DNA of 63,995 nucleotides, filler included, from a bacterium (GTDB taxonomy: Bacteria; UBA9089; CG2-30-40-21; SBAY01), in the NCBI GenBank assembly GCA_040757115.1. It is 8 parts of 8 records of this genome, joined end to end, with 100 filler letters (N's around TTAATTAATTAA, not from the genome) between each part and the next. Parts side by side here need not be neighbours in the genome. Positions count along the whole stretch, not along the records: positions 1 to 28,037 come from JBFLYA010000025.1; positions 28,138 to 33,587 come from JBFLYA010000251.1; 6 more parts are not named here. One strand, written 5' to 3'. The position numbers and the translations under genes are program-made. The notes under the pieces were generated by a model. That model made no database searches. It worked only from the letters and a program-made list of their open reading frames with translations, and was not told the DNA's origin. Positions 19,967 through 28,872 of this stretch are shown in pieces (the first letter of the stretch is position 1; each line of letters opens with the position of its first letter).

Positions 19967-20575
19967 TTATTTTTGCTTTACCTTTTGTATTATTTCCAAT
20001 AATATCTCTTTTGCCTTTGAAAAGGCAATGAAACGATGACTGATTTTATTTTTTATCTCACTCCCTAATTCTCCAAAGGTTTTGTTAAATCCGTCAGGAA
20101 TAAATATTGGGTCGTAACCAAATCCATAATTCCCTTTTGAAACTAAACTTATCACCCCTTCACATTCTCCAGATACAGTCATTATCTCTTCCTTAGATAT
20201 AGATATTGCTACAACACACTTAAATCTTGCCCTTCTTTGTGAAACAGAAACTCCTTTTAATAACTCTAATAACAGTTGATTCCTCTCTGCATCTAAAAGT
20301 TTTTTTCCTCCAAACTGCGCAGATTTAACACCCGGGGCACCCCCTAAATAATCTACTTCTAATCCTGAATCATCAGATAAAGTTATTTTCCCGGTTAATT
20401 CAAAAATACACCTTGCCTTTTTCACCGCATTTTCTTCAAAGGTAATTCCATCTTCAATAATATCTGGCAAAGCAAAAAAATCACTTAAAGATAAAATTTT
20501 AATCTCTAAATCTTCTAAAATCTTCTTTATTTCTGCTATTTTACCCTGATTCTTAGAGGCAATTATTATTTCCAT
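19967..20575 (-). CDS. rdgB: Non-canonical purine NTP pyrophosphatase (Ham1/RdgB)
   Basis: ASKNQGK, DDSGLEVD.LGGAPGV.SA, GFGYDPIF, KNKISHR; start moved to ATG 20575. Confidence 0.95.
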   Translation of the reverse strand: MEIIIASKNQGKIAEIKKILEDLEIKILSLSDFFALPDIIEDGITFEENAVKKARCIFELTGKITLSDDSGLEVDYLGGAPGVKSAQFGGKKLLDAERNQLLLELLKGVSVSQRRARFKCVVAISISKEEIMTVSGECEGVISLVSKGNYGFGYDPIFIPDGFNKTFGELGSEIKNKISHRFIAFSKAKEILLEIIQKVKQK

Positions 20576-20578
20576 AAT

Positions 20579-21014
20579 GTACCTGTTTAGCGTGGTCAGA
20601 GAGCACAAATGAATGGTACTGACTTAGTGCGAAACCACTTCAAACACAAGAAGTTGTGTAATACAAAATCAAAAATTAAATATTAAAATGCAAAATGACA
20701 TATCAAATATCAAAATGCAAAAAGCAAATATAAAAATTACATATCAAAATGTAAAATTATCTCTTTCCTTTCAGCATTAAAATACTTGAAGCAAAGATAT
20801 TACCAAATTCCTCCAACTCTTTGAGAAACATTATCCTTTGGCAACTTATCGATGAATCCTATAAGTCGCAGAGTAAAGTTATACAGTCTTTTCTCAAAGT
20901 CCTTTTTGAAATTTGATTTGTAATTTTGCATTTTGATATTTGATTTTTGATATTTATTTGTTGTTTCCCCCAAATCCTATTTTGCAGAACCCTATACACC
21001 AACTGAACGGTTAC
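20579..21014. mobile_element. IS66-type-end MITE containing heptamer repeats and a deleted four-helix-bundle gene
   Basis: Degenerate GTACCTGTTTAG (20579) and CTGAACGGTTAC (21003-21014); AAAATGC/AAATATC heptamer tracts. Confidence 0.6.
20757..20931 (-). pseudogene. Internally deleted four-helix-bundle (23S rRNA IVS-type) protein
   Basis: MQNYKSNFKKDFEKRLYNFTLRLIGFIDKLPKDNVS, then out of frame LKELEEFGNIFASSILMLKGKR*. A shorter remnant lies at ~39195-39290. Confidence 0.7.
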
Positions 21015-21165
21015 AAAAATCTTGACTTCGTGTTTAATTTATTGTCTTACAAGTATTTTTGCATTCGGGGCACCCACAGAGTGGGTCGTGTCCTTTTGAT
21101 TTTTACATTTTGATATTTGCATCAAACTCAGTGAACCATAGTCACAGTTCACTATTCACTTTTCA

Positions 21166-21885
21166 CTATCTCTCTACAACTTGTTTCTGAATAGTTATCA
21201 ATTCATTAATTCCTTTTTTGGCTAAATCAATCAAAGTATTCAGGTCTTCAAGAGAAAACGGGTTACCTTCGGCAGTGCCCTGTATTTCAATAATCTTTCC
21301 TTTTCCGGTCATAGCCAGATTAACATCTACCTGAGCAGATGAATCCTCTTCATAGGTTAAATCTAACAAAGTTTGACCTTGAACAATACCAACACTTGTT
21401 GCGGCAACAAAATCCATTATGGGAAATGTTTTAATTTTGTTTGATTCTTGTAATTCTTTAAATAGTTCCACCATAGCGACAAAGGCGCCCGTTATAGATG
21501 CCGTCCGAGTTCCACCATCAGCCTGAATAACATCACAATCAATGTGAATGGTTCTTTCTCCAAAATTATTCAAATCAACAATTGCTCGTAGGCACCTACC
21601 TATTATTCGTTGAATCTCATGGGTTCTCCCACCTACTTTTCCTCGCGAGGATTCCCTCTCAGTTCGAGTCAAGGTAGAAAAAGGCAACATAGAGTATTCA
21701 GCATGTATCCACCCCTGATTTGTTCCCTTTAAAAAAATAGGCACTCTGTCTTCAATTGTTGCGGCACAAATCACCTTTGTATTACCCACCTCGATTAAAA
21801 CTGAGCCCCGAAGATGTTTAAGATAATGTGGTGTAATAATTACTGGACGCATTTGATTTTCTTCTCTTCCATCTTTACGTATCAT
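21166..21885 (-). CDS. rph: Ribonuclease PH
   Basis: [42 protein letters not shown]. Confidence 0.97.
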   Translation of the reverse strand: MIRKDGREENQMRPVIITPHYLKHLRGSVLIEVGNTKVICAATIEDRVPIFLKGTNQGWIHAEYSMLPFSTLTRTERESSRGKVGGRTHEIQRIIGRCLRAIVDLNNFGERTIHIDCDVIQADGGTRTASITGAFVAMVELFKELQESNKIKTFPIMDFVAATSVGIVQGQTLLDLTYEEDSSAQVDVNLAMTGKGKIIEIQGTAEGNPFSLEDLNTLIDLAKKGINELITIQKQVVER

Positions 21886-22077
21886 CTCATCTCCTTTTGT
21901 TTGGTAACCGGTGATTGGTAACTGGTAATTAAATACCGTTTGGCTGAGCTGACGACGAATCTATTTAACCAGTTACCAGTTACCAATTATCCGTTTGTAG
22001 GTTACGAAACCTGATGATGCCCCGTGTAAAACTTACTCAACACTACAGATAGTAATTAGTTAATAGTTACCACCAGT

Positions 22078-22788
22078 TTATTTCCAGCCTGCTAATTTAT
22101 GCACCTGCGGAATAATTCTAACTATACTTAATTTTTTATTCGCCTCTGCTTGATATTGAAGTAATTCCTGTAATGATAAATTATTATCCAATGGTTGAAG
22201 CACTAATGGGATATTACTACTTATTTCTTTTACCAAAAAAATAGCCCTTCTAAACTCATCCATCACCATTTGAGCACCTGAAATTATTTTTACAAAAACC
22301 TCCTTTTTATTAGCTATCCTTAAAAATTTTTCGTGTTCTTTCCAGAATGGTTTTAGCCCGGTCAAAGAAGGTAATTTAATATCCATAGCAATTATATCAA
22401 TAAGATTAATAACCTGCTCTAATAGGTGAGGTAATGTTCCATTGGTTTCAAGATATATTTGTGTTTTATACCCTTTCTTTATTTCTCTTAGCAGGCGTTT
22501 TAAAGAATCAATTTGAATTAACGGTTCTCCGCCTGTTAAACAAATCATTGAATAATTTAGAATATCTTCTTTTATTAATTCAATTAAGGTAGAATTTGCC
22601 ACAGGATTAGAAATCCTATTTTTTTTACCTTGAGTTATTATTTCGCATTCCTGAGGTATGAACAAAGATTGTGTAGTATCACAGAACTGACATCTTAAAT
22701 TACAACCTGCAAATCTAATGAAAACTTGCGGTTGTCCAATGTATATACCTTCTCCCTGTATGCTGGTAAAAACCTCAACTAAATTCAT
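22078..22788 (-). CDS. queE: 7-carboxy-7-deazaguanine synthase (radical SAM)
   Basis: EVFTSIQGEG..G...FIRFAGCNLRCQFCDT, LTGGEP, ETNG, PQVHK. Confidence 0.9.
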   Translation of the reverse strand: MNLVEVFTSIQGEGIYIGQPQVFIRFAGCNLRCQFCDTTQSLFIPQECEIITQGKKNRISNPVANSTLIELIKEDILNYSMICLTGGEPLIQIDSLKRLLREIKKGYKTQIYLETNGTLPHLLEQVINLIDIIAMDIKLPSLTGLKPFWKEHEKFLRIANKKEVFVKIISGAQMVMDEFRRAIFLVKEISSNIPLVLQPLDNNLSLQELLQYQAEANKKLSIVRIIPQVHKLAGWK

Positions 22789-23016
22789 TTTACTTTTTTA
22801 AAATTGTAATACGAATAATGTTTCGCTTTGTGATTTGTAACAAGATTTTAAAGGGTCCATTTTTATCACTCCCCCTCTAATTTCCTCTGAAAATCAGGTC
22901 TTCTGTCCCAATTTCTAATTTCAAACCGCAGATAACTTAACACATAAAATCCCAACATTAAATCAACCTGTCTTTAATCATATCATAATCACCCATTTTT
23001 GTCAATAAAAAATATG

Positions 23017-23045
23017 TTGACAAAATTCATTTATTAGAATATAAT
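23017..23045 (+). promoter_or_regulatory. Sigma70 promoter, (near-)leaderless
   Basis: TTGACA-17-TATAAT; ATG 9 nt downstream with no RBS. Confidence 0.75.
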
Positions 23046-23054
23046 TTTTAAATT

Positions 23055-23954
23055 ATGAGTGTATTAGTTGTAGGAACTTTAGCCTTAGACTCAGTAAAAA
23101 CACCTTTTGGCGAAGTAAAGAATGCCCTTGGAGGCTCAGCGGTATATTTTTCATTAGCCGCAAGTATTTTCACTCAAGTAAAATTAGTTGGGGTTGTTGG
23201 AATGGATTTCTCGGATGAAGCTCTTTTACTTCTAAAAGAAAAAGGAATTGATTTAAATGGGTTACAAAAGATAAAAGGAAAAACATTTCATTGGAAAGGA
23301 GAGTATCATTACGACTTGAATGCGGCAATTACGATTGATACTCAATTAAATGTCCTTGAAAACTTCTCCCCTAAAATCCCATTACAATATCAAGATACTG
23401 AATTTATTTTCCTGGCTAATATTGACCCTGATTTGCAATTAAATGTGCTCCAACAATTGCACTCACCCAAATTAGTCGTAGCGGATACAATGAATTTCTG
23501 GATTGAACGAAAAAAAAATGCCTTATTGAAACTTCTAAAAAAGATTGATATAGTCGTGTTAAATGATGGGGAAGCAAGACAATTAACCAATGAACCTAAT
23601 TTAATCAATGCGGCTAAAAAAATACTCTCATTAGGTCCTAAACAAGTCATCATTAAAAAAGGTGAGCATGGTTCATTAATGGTTTCATCCTCAAATTTTT
23701 TCTCTGCCCCTGCCTATCCATTAGAATCCATTTTTGACCCAACTGGTGCGGGCGATTCATTCGCAGGTGGATTCGTTGGATATTTAGCCTCTCATAAAAA
23801 CTTAAGAGAACCAGAAATGAAAAAAGCCATTATTTATGGGACTACTATTGCCTCATTTACCGTAGAAGATTTTAGTATTAATAAATTAATTAATTTAACT
23901 AAAGATGATATAGAAAAAAGGTATCGTCGAATTAAAAAAATTACGCATTTCTAG
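23055..23954 (+). CDS. PfkB-family carbohydrate/nucleoside kinase
   Basis: GGSA, IIKKGEHG, DPTGAGDSFAGG. Confidence 0.92.
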   Translation: MSVLVVGTLALDSVKTPFGEVKNALGGSAVYFSLAASIFTQVKLVGVVGMDFSDEALLLLKEKGIDLNGLQKIKGKTFHWKGEYHYDLNAAITIDTQLNVLENFSPKIPLQYQDTEFIFLANIDPDLQLNVLQQLHSPKLVVADTMNFWIERKKNALLKLLKKIDIVVLNDGEARQLTNEPNLINAAKKILSLGPKQVIIKKGEHGSLMVSSSNFFSAPAYPLESIFDPTGAGDSFAGGFVGYLASHKNLREPEMKKAIIYGTTIASFTVEDFSINKLINLTKDDIEKRYRRIKKITHF

Positions 23955-24444
23955 TGTCGTGTTGAACAAATAACGCACGGAATTTGATTGTGGTAACTGG
24001 TGATTGGTAACTGGTAATTAAATACCATTCACCACTTACCATTTAACCAATTACAAGGAAAACTCTCAAGAAGTAAGAAGTGGGAAGTCCGAAGTTAATA
24101 TAAGAGGAATCAACTTCTTTTCTTACTTCTCACTTTCTACTTCTCACTTCCTGCTTAAAAAAGCTGCGGGTAAAGAAAATTTGTCTATTGGACAAAACCA
24201 ATAAAATCAACATTTAATTTTATCCAATAGTGTTGCGAATTGGAAAGAAGAAACGCTCATGCCCCTACAGGGCACAAATGACGATGAAAAATAATAGCAC
24301 GCTGACGATGCGGATATTCGCGGATATAAGATAGGAGATAGAAGGTGGGAGATGGAGAGATAAGCGTGAGGAGTGGTGTTTTCTTTACTTTCTACTCTCT
24401 ACTTTCTACTCTCTACTTCCTATTTTCAGAAGAACTGCTTAAAA

Positions 24445-25167
24445 ATGACAGGTAAAATTTATGTAATTGGCATAGGTCCTGGTGACCCTGAATTATTAAC
24501 CCTTAAGGCTGTCCGAATCCTCAAGGAGGCACCCTGCATTTGTGTCCCCAGAGGCAAAGAAGATGGCAATAGTTTAGCTTTAACAATAGTTGAAAAGGCA
24601 ATAGACCTCCAGGGGAAAGAGATAATCCCTGCCTATTTTCCTATGAGAAAAACCCGGGACAGTCAGAAATCAGGACAGGACGAGATTGAGTCCAGATGGA
24701 ACGAGACAATTGAAAAGATATTGAACAGGATAAACAGGGGAATGGATGTTGCTTTTATTACCCTTGGTGACCCGACAATTTACAGCACCTTCTTTTACCT
24801 ATATCCCAGGTTGCTTGAGTTATCTGATGAGATAGTAACAGAGATTATTCCGGGGGTCTCATCGATAACAGCGGGAGGAGCTAAGGCTAAACTGCCGTTG
24901 ACTCTGGGTGATGAAACACTGATGATTGTCCCGGCAAACTATATGTCTCGCGTAAAAGAGTTACTTCTGCGGTTTGACACCATAGTTTTAATGAAAGTTA
25001 ATAAGGTCTTTGATGAAGTGGTGATACTTTTAGAAGAAATGGGGACTCTTGATAAGGCAATCTATGTCTCGCGGGCTGGGATGACGGATGAAAAAATAAT
25101 TAGAGACCTCAAACAGGTTAAGGAAACAGACCTTGATTATTTTTCCTTAATCATAGTAAAAAAATGA
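24445..25167 (+). CDS. cbiL: Cobalt-precorrin-2 C20-methyltransferase
   Basis: GIGPGDPELLTLKA, FPM, ITLGDPTIYSTF; start moved to ATG 24445 because the upstream extension is heptamer repeat. Confidence 0.92.
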   Translation: MTGKIYVIGIGPGDPELLTLKAVRILKEAPCICVPRGKEDGNSLALTIVEKAIDLQGKEIIPAYFPMRKTRDSQKSGQDEIESRWNETIEKILNRINRGMDVAFITLGDPTIYSTFFYLYPRLLELSDEIVTEIIPGVSSITAGGAKAKLPLTLGDETLMIVPANYMSRVKELLLRFDTIVLMKVNKVFDEVVILLEEMGTLDKAIYVSRAGMTDEKIIRDLKQVKETDLDYFSLIIVKK

Positions 25168-25228
25168 TGAGTAGTATTATGGAGTGCATTGACAGGGTCA
25201 AGTATGGGTTTGGTATTGAGGTGAAGAT

Positions 25229-25984
25229 ATGAGTAAGGTTTATTTTGTTGGTGCGGGTCCTGGCGACCCGGAATTAATAACCATCAAAGGTAGAAATCTG
25301 CTTGATAAAGCAGATGTAGTTATCTATGCCGGGAGTCTGGTTAATCCACAACTCCTTGAAGGTATCAAGGCAAAGATATATGATTCTGCCGGGATGACAC
25401 TTGATGAAATCATAGATGTAATCAGATGTTCCGTAAATGGTGGCAAGATGATTGTCCGTCTCCATACAGGCGATACATTCCTGTACAGTGCCATATCAGA
25501 ACAAATAGAAAGATTACGGGCATTGAACATAAAATATGAGGTTATACCAGGTGTATCTTCGGCATCATCTGGTGCGGCAATACTTGGTCAGGAACTTACC
25601 ATACCAGAGATAAGCCAAACCCTAATATTTACCCGCCTTGAAGGCAAAACGAAAGTGCCAAAGGCAGAAAAAATGAGCAAATTGGCTAAACATAAAGCAA
25701 CTATGGTGATTTTTTTGAGCGTCGGAATGATTGAGGATGTCCAGAATGAACTCCTGCAGGGCTATCCTGAAGATACACCAGTTGCGGTTATCGAAAAGGC
25801 ATCCTGGGACAACCAAAGGATAATAAGAGGGAAATTAAAAGAAATGGTAGAAATGGTCAAGAACGCCAAAATTAAAAAGACCGCCTTGATATATATTGGC
25901 GAGGCACTGAAAGCCTCAGAAAAATCATTAGGAAAGGAATCAAAACTTTATCATAAAGATTTCAAACATGTATGCCGAAAATAA
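25229..25984 (+). CDS. cbiF: Cobalt-precorrin-4 C11-methyltransferase
   Basis: VGAGPGDPELITIKG, YAGSLV, RLHTGD, ELTIPEISQT, SKLY. Confidence 0.95.
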   Translation: MSKVYFVGAGPGDPELITIKGRNLLDKADVVIYAGSLVNPQLLEGIKAKIYDSAGMTLDEIIDVIRCSVNGGKMIVRLHTGDTFLYSAISEQIERLRALNIKYEVIPGVSSASSGAAILGQELTIPEISQTLIFTRLEGKTKVPKAEKMSKLAKHKATMVIFLSVGMIEDVQNELLQGYPEDTPVAVIEKASWDNQRIIRGKLKEMVEMVKNAKIKKTALIYIGEALKASEKSLGKESKLYHKDFKHVCRK

Positions 25985-27482
25985 AACCGTAATACTTTAC
26001 ATCACAAATAATGGTAGAAACCTTGCACAACGGATTAAGGGACTTTATCCAGATGCCCAAATCCTAAAATTTCAATCTGCGGCTGTTTCTGAAATATGGA
26101 ATGAATGCAAAAACCTTATTTTTATTATGGCTTGTGGTATTGTGGTAAGGACGATTGCTCCATTGATAAAGGATAAAAGGACAGACCCGGCTGTAGTTGT
26201 GCTTGATGAAAAGGGAAAGTTTGCCATCAGTCTCTTGAGTGGACATCTGGGCGGAGCAAATAAAGCCGCAAGAAATATCGCAAAATTCCTTGATGGTCAG
26301 GCAGTTATCACCACGGCATCAGATGTTGACAATATATCCCATAGCAAATTGGTGATTGGTATTGGCTGTAATCGCGGCACATCAGAAAATGAAATAGAAA
26401 AAGCAGTAAGAAAGACATTGGCAAAACATAATTTCTCATTTACTGATGTCATATCTATTGCTACCATTGATATAAAATCTCAGGAACCAGGATTAGTGGC
26501 ATTTGCCCAAAATTACAACCTCTTGACTCAGACATTCTCTACGGACGAACTCAATTCAGTAAAGGGGATATTGAAATCTGAGTCTGTATTTAAGTCCACC
26601 GGGGCAATAGGTGTCGCTGAGCCAGCCGCACTACTTGCCTCAAAGGCAAACAAACTGCTTATACCAAAACAAAAGATAGGAAATGTAACGATAGCCGTGG
26701 CAGAACACAAAACAGAAGAAAAAGGGGAAATATACATTGTCGGTGTAGGCCCCGGTGATAGTGAACATATTACACCTTATGCCCAGAAGAAAATCAGAAA
26801 TTCTGAGGTTATTGTAGGATATAACAGTTATATCAACCGCATAGCAGAACTGATTAAAGATAAAGAAATCATCTCTACGGGGATGACGCAGGAACTAAAG
26901 AGATGTCAAAAGGCAGTAGAATTGGCTATTGCCGGCAAAACCGTTTCAGTCATCAGCGGCGGTGACCCTGGCATTTACGCTATGGCTGGATTGGTGTTTG
27001 AAATTATCAAAAAACAGAACTTTCCTGAAATTAATATTGAGGTTGTGCCGGGCATTTCTGCCTTGAATGCCTCTGCGGCAAGACTGGGTGCACCGTTGAT
27101 GCACGATTTTGCCGTTATCAGCTTATCAGACAGACTTACCCCATGGGAATTGATTAAAAAAAGGCTTGAGTCAGCGGCTATGTCTGATTTCGTTATCGTC
27201 TTTTACAATCCCAGAAGCATTGGCAGACAAAAACAGATTAATAAAGCCAGAGAGATTATCTTAAAATACAAAACCCCAGAAACACCAGTAGGAATTGTAA
27301 AAGGGGCAACGCGAGATAACGAAAAGATAATTATCACAAATCTTAAAGATATGCTTGATTATGAGATTGACATGCAGACAACAATAATAATCGGCAATTC
27401 ACAAACCTTTCTATGGAATAACCGGATGATAACACCAAGAGGATATGAAGTACCGTTTTACCCCCCTCAAAATTTAACTTGA
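25968..27482 (+). CDS. cbiG-cbiH: CbiG (short, lacks most of the mid domain) fused to precorrin-3B C17-methyltransferase CbiH/CobJ
   Basis: IVVRTIAP..DK.TDPAVVV, SGHLGGAN, GIGCNRG, GVAEPAA, then VGVGPG, SGGDPGIYAM, SLSDRLTPW, ITPRGY. Confidence 0.9.
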   Translation: MYAENKTVILYITNNGRNLAQRIKGLYPDAQILKFQSAAVSEIWNECKNLIFIMACGIVVRTIAPLIKDKRTDPAVVVLDEKGKFAISLLSGHLGGANKAARNIAKFLDGQAVITTASDVDNISHSKLVIGIGCNRGTSENEIEKAVRKTLAKHNFSFTDVISIATIDIKSQEPGLVAFAQNYNLLTQTFSTDELNSVKGILKSESVFKSTGAIGVAEPAALLASKANKLLIPKQKIGNVTIAVAEHKTEEKGEIYIVGVGPGDSEHITPYAQKKIRNSEVIVGYNSYINRIAELIKDKEIISTGMTQELKRCQKAVELAIAGKTVSVISGGDPGIYAMAGLVFEIIKKQNFPEINIEVVPGISALNASAARLGAPLMHDFAVISLSDRLTPWELIKKRLESAAMSDFVIVFYNPRSIGRQKQINKAREIILKYKTPETPVGIVKGATRDNEKIIITNLKDMLDYEIDMQTTIIIGNSQTFLWNNRMITPRGYEVPFYPPQNLT

Positions 27483-27507
27483 CAATTTACTTTTATTTTG
27501 ATAAAAT
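27479..27507 (+). promoter_or_regulatory. Sigma70 promoter for tRNA
   Basis: TTGACA-17-TAAAAT with TG extension. Confidence 0.75.
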
Positions 27508-27524
27508 AAATACAAAGTTATTTT

Positions 27525-27600
<76 letters not shown>

Positions 27601-27841
27601 AGAAAATTTTGGATTTATGTTTCAATCCAAAATCTAAAATAAAAGCTCGCGGATAAAAAATAAGTAATCGGTTAAATAATAATGGGTAACTAATTACCAT
27701 TTACCAATTACCAAATAGGGCTTCACGAAATTCCCTCACCCAAATATATAGAAAAGATTAGAGGTGGAGGACAGATATTCCCCCTTAATAAAGGGGGTTA
27801 GGGGGTTGTAAGTATATAAAGGGGGTTAGGGGGTTGTAAGT

Positions 27842-28037
27842 ATGAAGATTCATTACAATCCGAAATTGAAAACTTACGCCAGAGAACTTAGAAAGCAAGG
27901 GGTTTTATCCGAAGTATTGCTTTGGAAGTATTTGAGAAGCAGAAAGATGAATGGCTATCAGTTTATGAGACAAAAGCCTATTGGGGAGTATATTGTTGAT
28001 TTTTATTGTAGTAAACTAAAACTGGTAATTGAAATTG
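27842..28037 (+). CDS. DUF559 (Vsr-like PD-(D/E)xK endonuclease) protein, cut by gap
   Basis: YNPKLKTYARELRK...EVLLW..LR...FMRQKPIGEYIVDFYC..KLVIEI; preceded by AAAGGGGGTTAGGGGGTTGTAAGTAT x2. Confidence 0.9.
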
Positions 28038-28137
28038 NNNNNNNNNNNNNNNNNNNNNNNNNNNNNNNNNNNNNNNNNNNNTTAATTAATTAANNNNNNN
28101 NNNNNNNNNNNNNNNNNNNNNNNNNNNNNNNNNNNNN
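28038..28137. other. Artificial contig linker (also at 33588-33687, 39095-39194, 44597-44696, 50014-50113, 55430-55529, 60830-60929)
   Basis: N-run + TTAATTAATTAA (stops in all six frames) + N-run, 100 bp each. Confidence 0.98.
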
Positions 28138-28156
28138 ATAAACTATCAACTATAAA

Positions 28157-28825
28157 CTATAAACGAGTTTTGCATTTTACTCTTTGGAGGAAATCCCTTT
28201 TGGACACCAAATCTGCATAGATTTCATTATTAGAGTTATTTTCAGACACCACCAATTTTTTTGTAGTTATCCTTATCAAGGCATAAAGGACATCCAGAGG
28301 AAGATGAAATTCAGCAGTAGAATCTAAAAGAATAGACATACCTGGTTCAAATTCATCATCACCTGTCCAAATGAGATAAAGAAGCGGAATGCGAGGAAGA
28401 GGAAAGAGGATAATAGATTTGTCTCCATAAGAGGCAGGTTTTGCACCTAATTTTACACCTACTTCAAAAAGTCTATTTGGAGCGTGACCAAATTTTTCTA
28501 AAAAAATTGAGTCTTCGAGGGAATGTGTTCCGGTAAAGAATAAATAACCACTTTTAAGGTCTCGCGGGCTTACCCACTTATTCGACAAATTTATCTCCTT
28601 TGCCTGGGTAAGATAGGTGAGTAAGACGAGTGCAAGGTCAAAATTAATCTTTGAAGATGGAGATGAAGGCATATTAATTTTCCTGGTCTGCAATTCAATT
28701 TGATACAAATCTTTGAGAAATTCAATTAAATATTTACCGTCTTTAAACTCAACCTGTGCCCTTTTACAGACCAAAGAATGTTCCATTTCTAATAATCTAT
28801 TCCAGGCAACATCTAAACCATTCAT
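28157..28825 (-). CDS. DUF3786-family protein; C-terminal tail read from a MITE
   Basis: LVLLTYL...W....L..G..FF.G.H...GD.S....LPRIP..YLIW.GDDEF.P..SIL.D; tail VVSENNSNNEIYADLV is encoded by the GGTGGTGTCT element. Confidence 0.8.
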   Translation of the reverse strand: MNGLDVAWNRLLEMEHSLVCKRAQVEFKDGKYLIEFLKDLYQIELQTRKINMPSSPSSKINFDLALVLLTYLTQAKEINLSNKWVSPRDLKSGYLFFTGTHSLEDSIFLEKFGHAPNRLFEVGVKLGAKPASYGDKSIILFPLPRIPLLYLIWTGDDEFEPGMSILLDSTAEFHLPLDVLYALIRITTKKLVVSENNSNNEIYADLVSKRDFLQRVKCKTRL

Positions 28826-28872
28826 TTATCACCTCACATAACTGGTGATTGGTAAATAGTTACCTCAAATCT

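Noticed and set aside
25968-27482. CbiG-CbiH fusion as a novelty
   Set aside because: Such fusions are already known in cobalamin pathways
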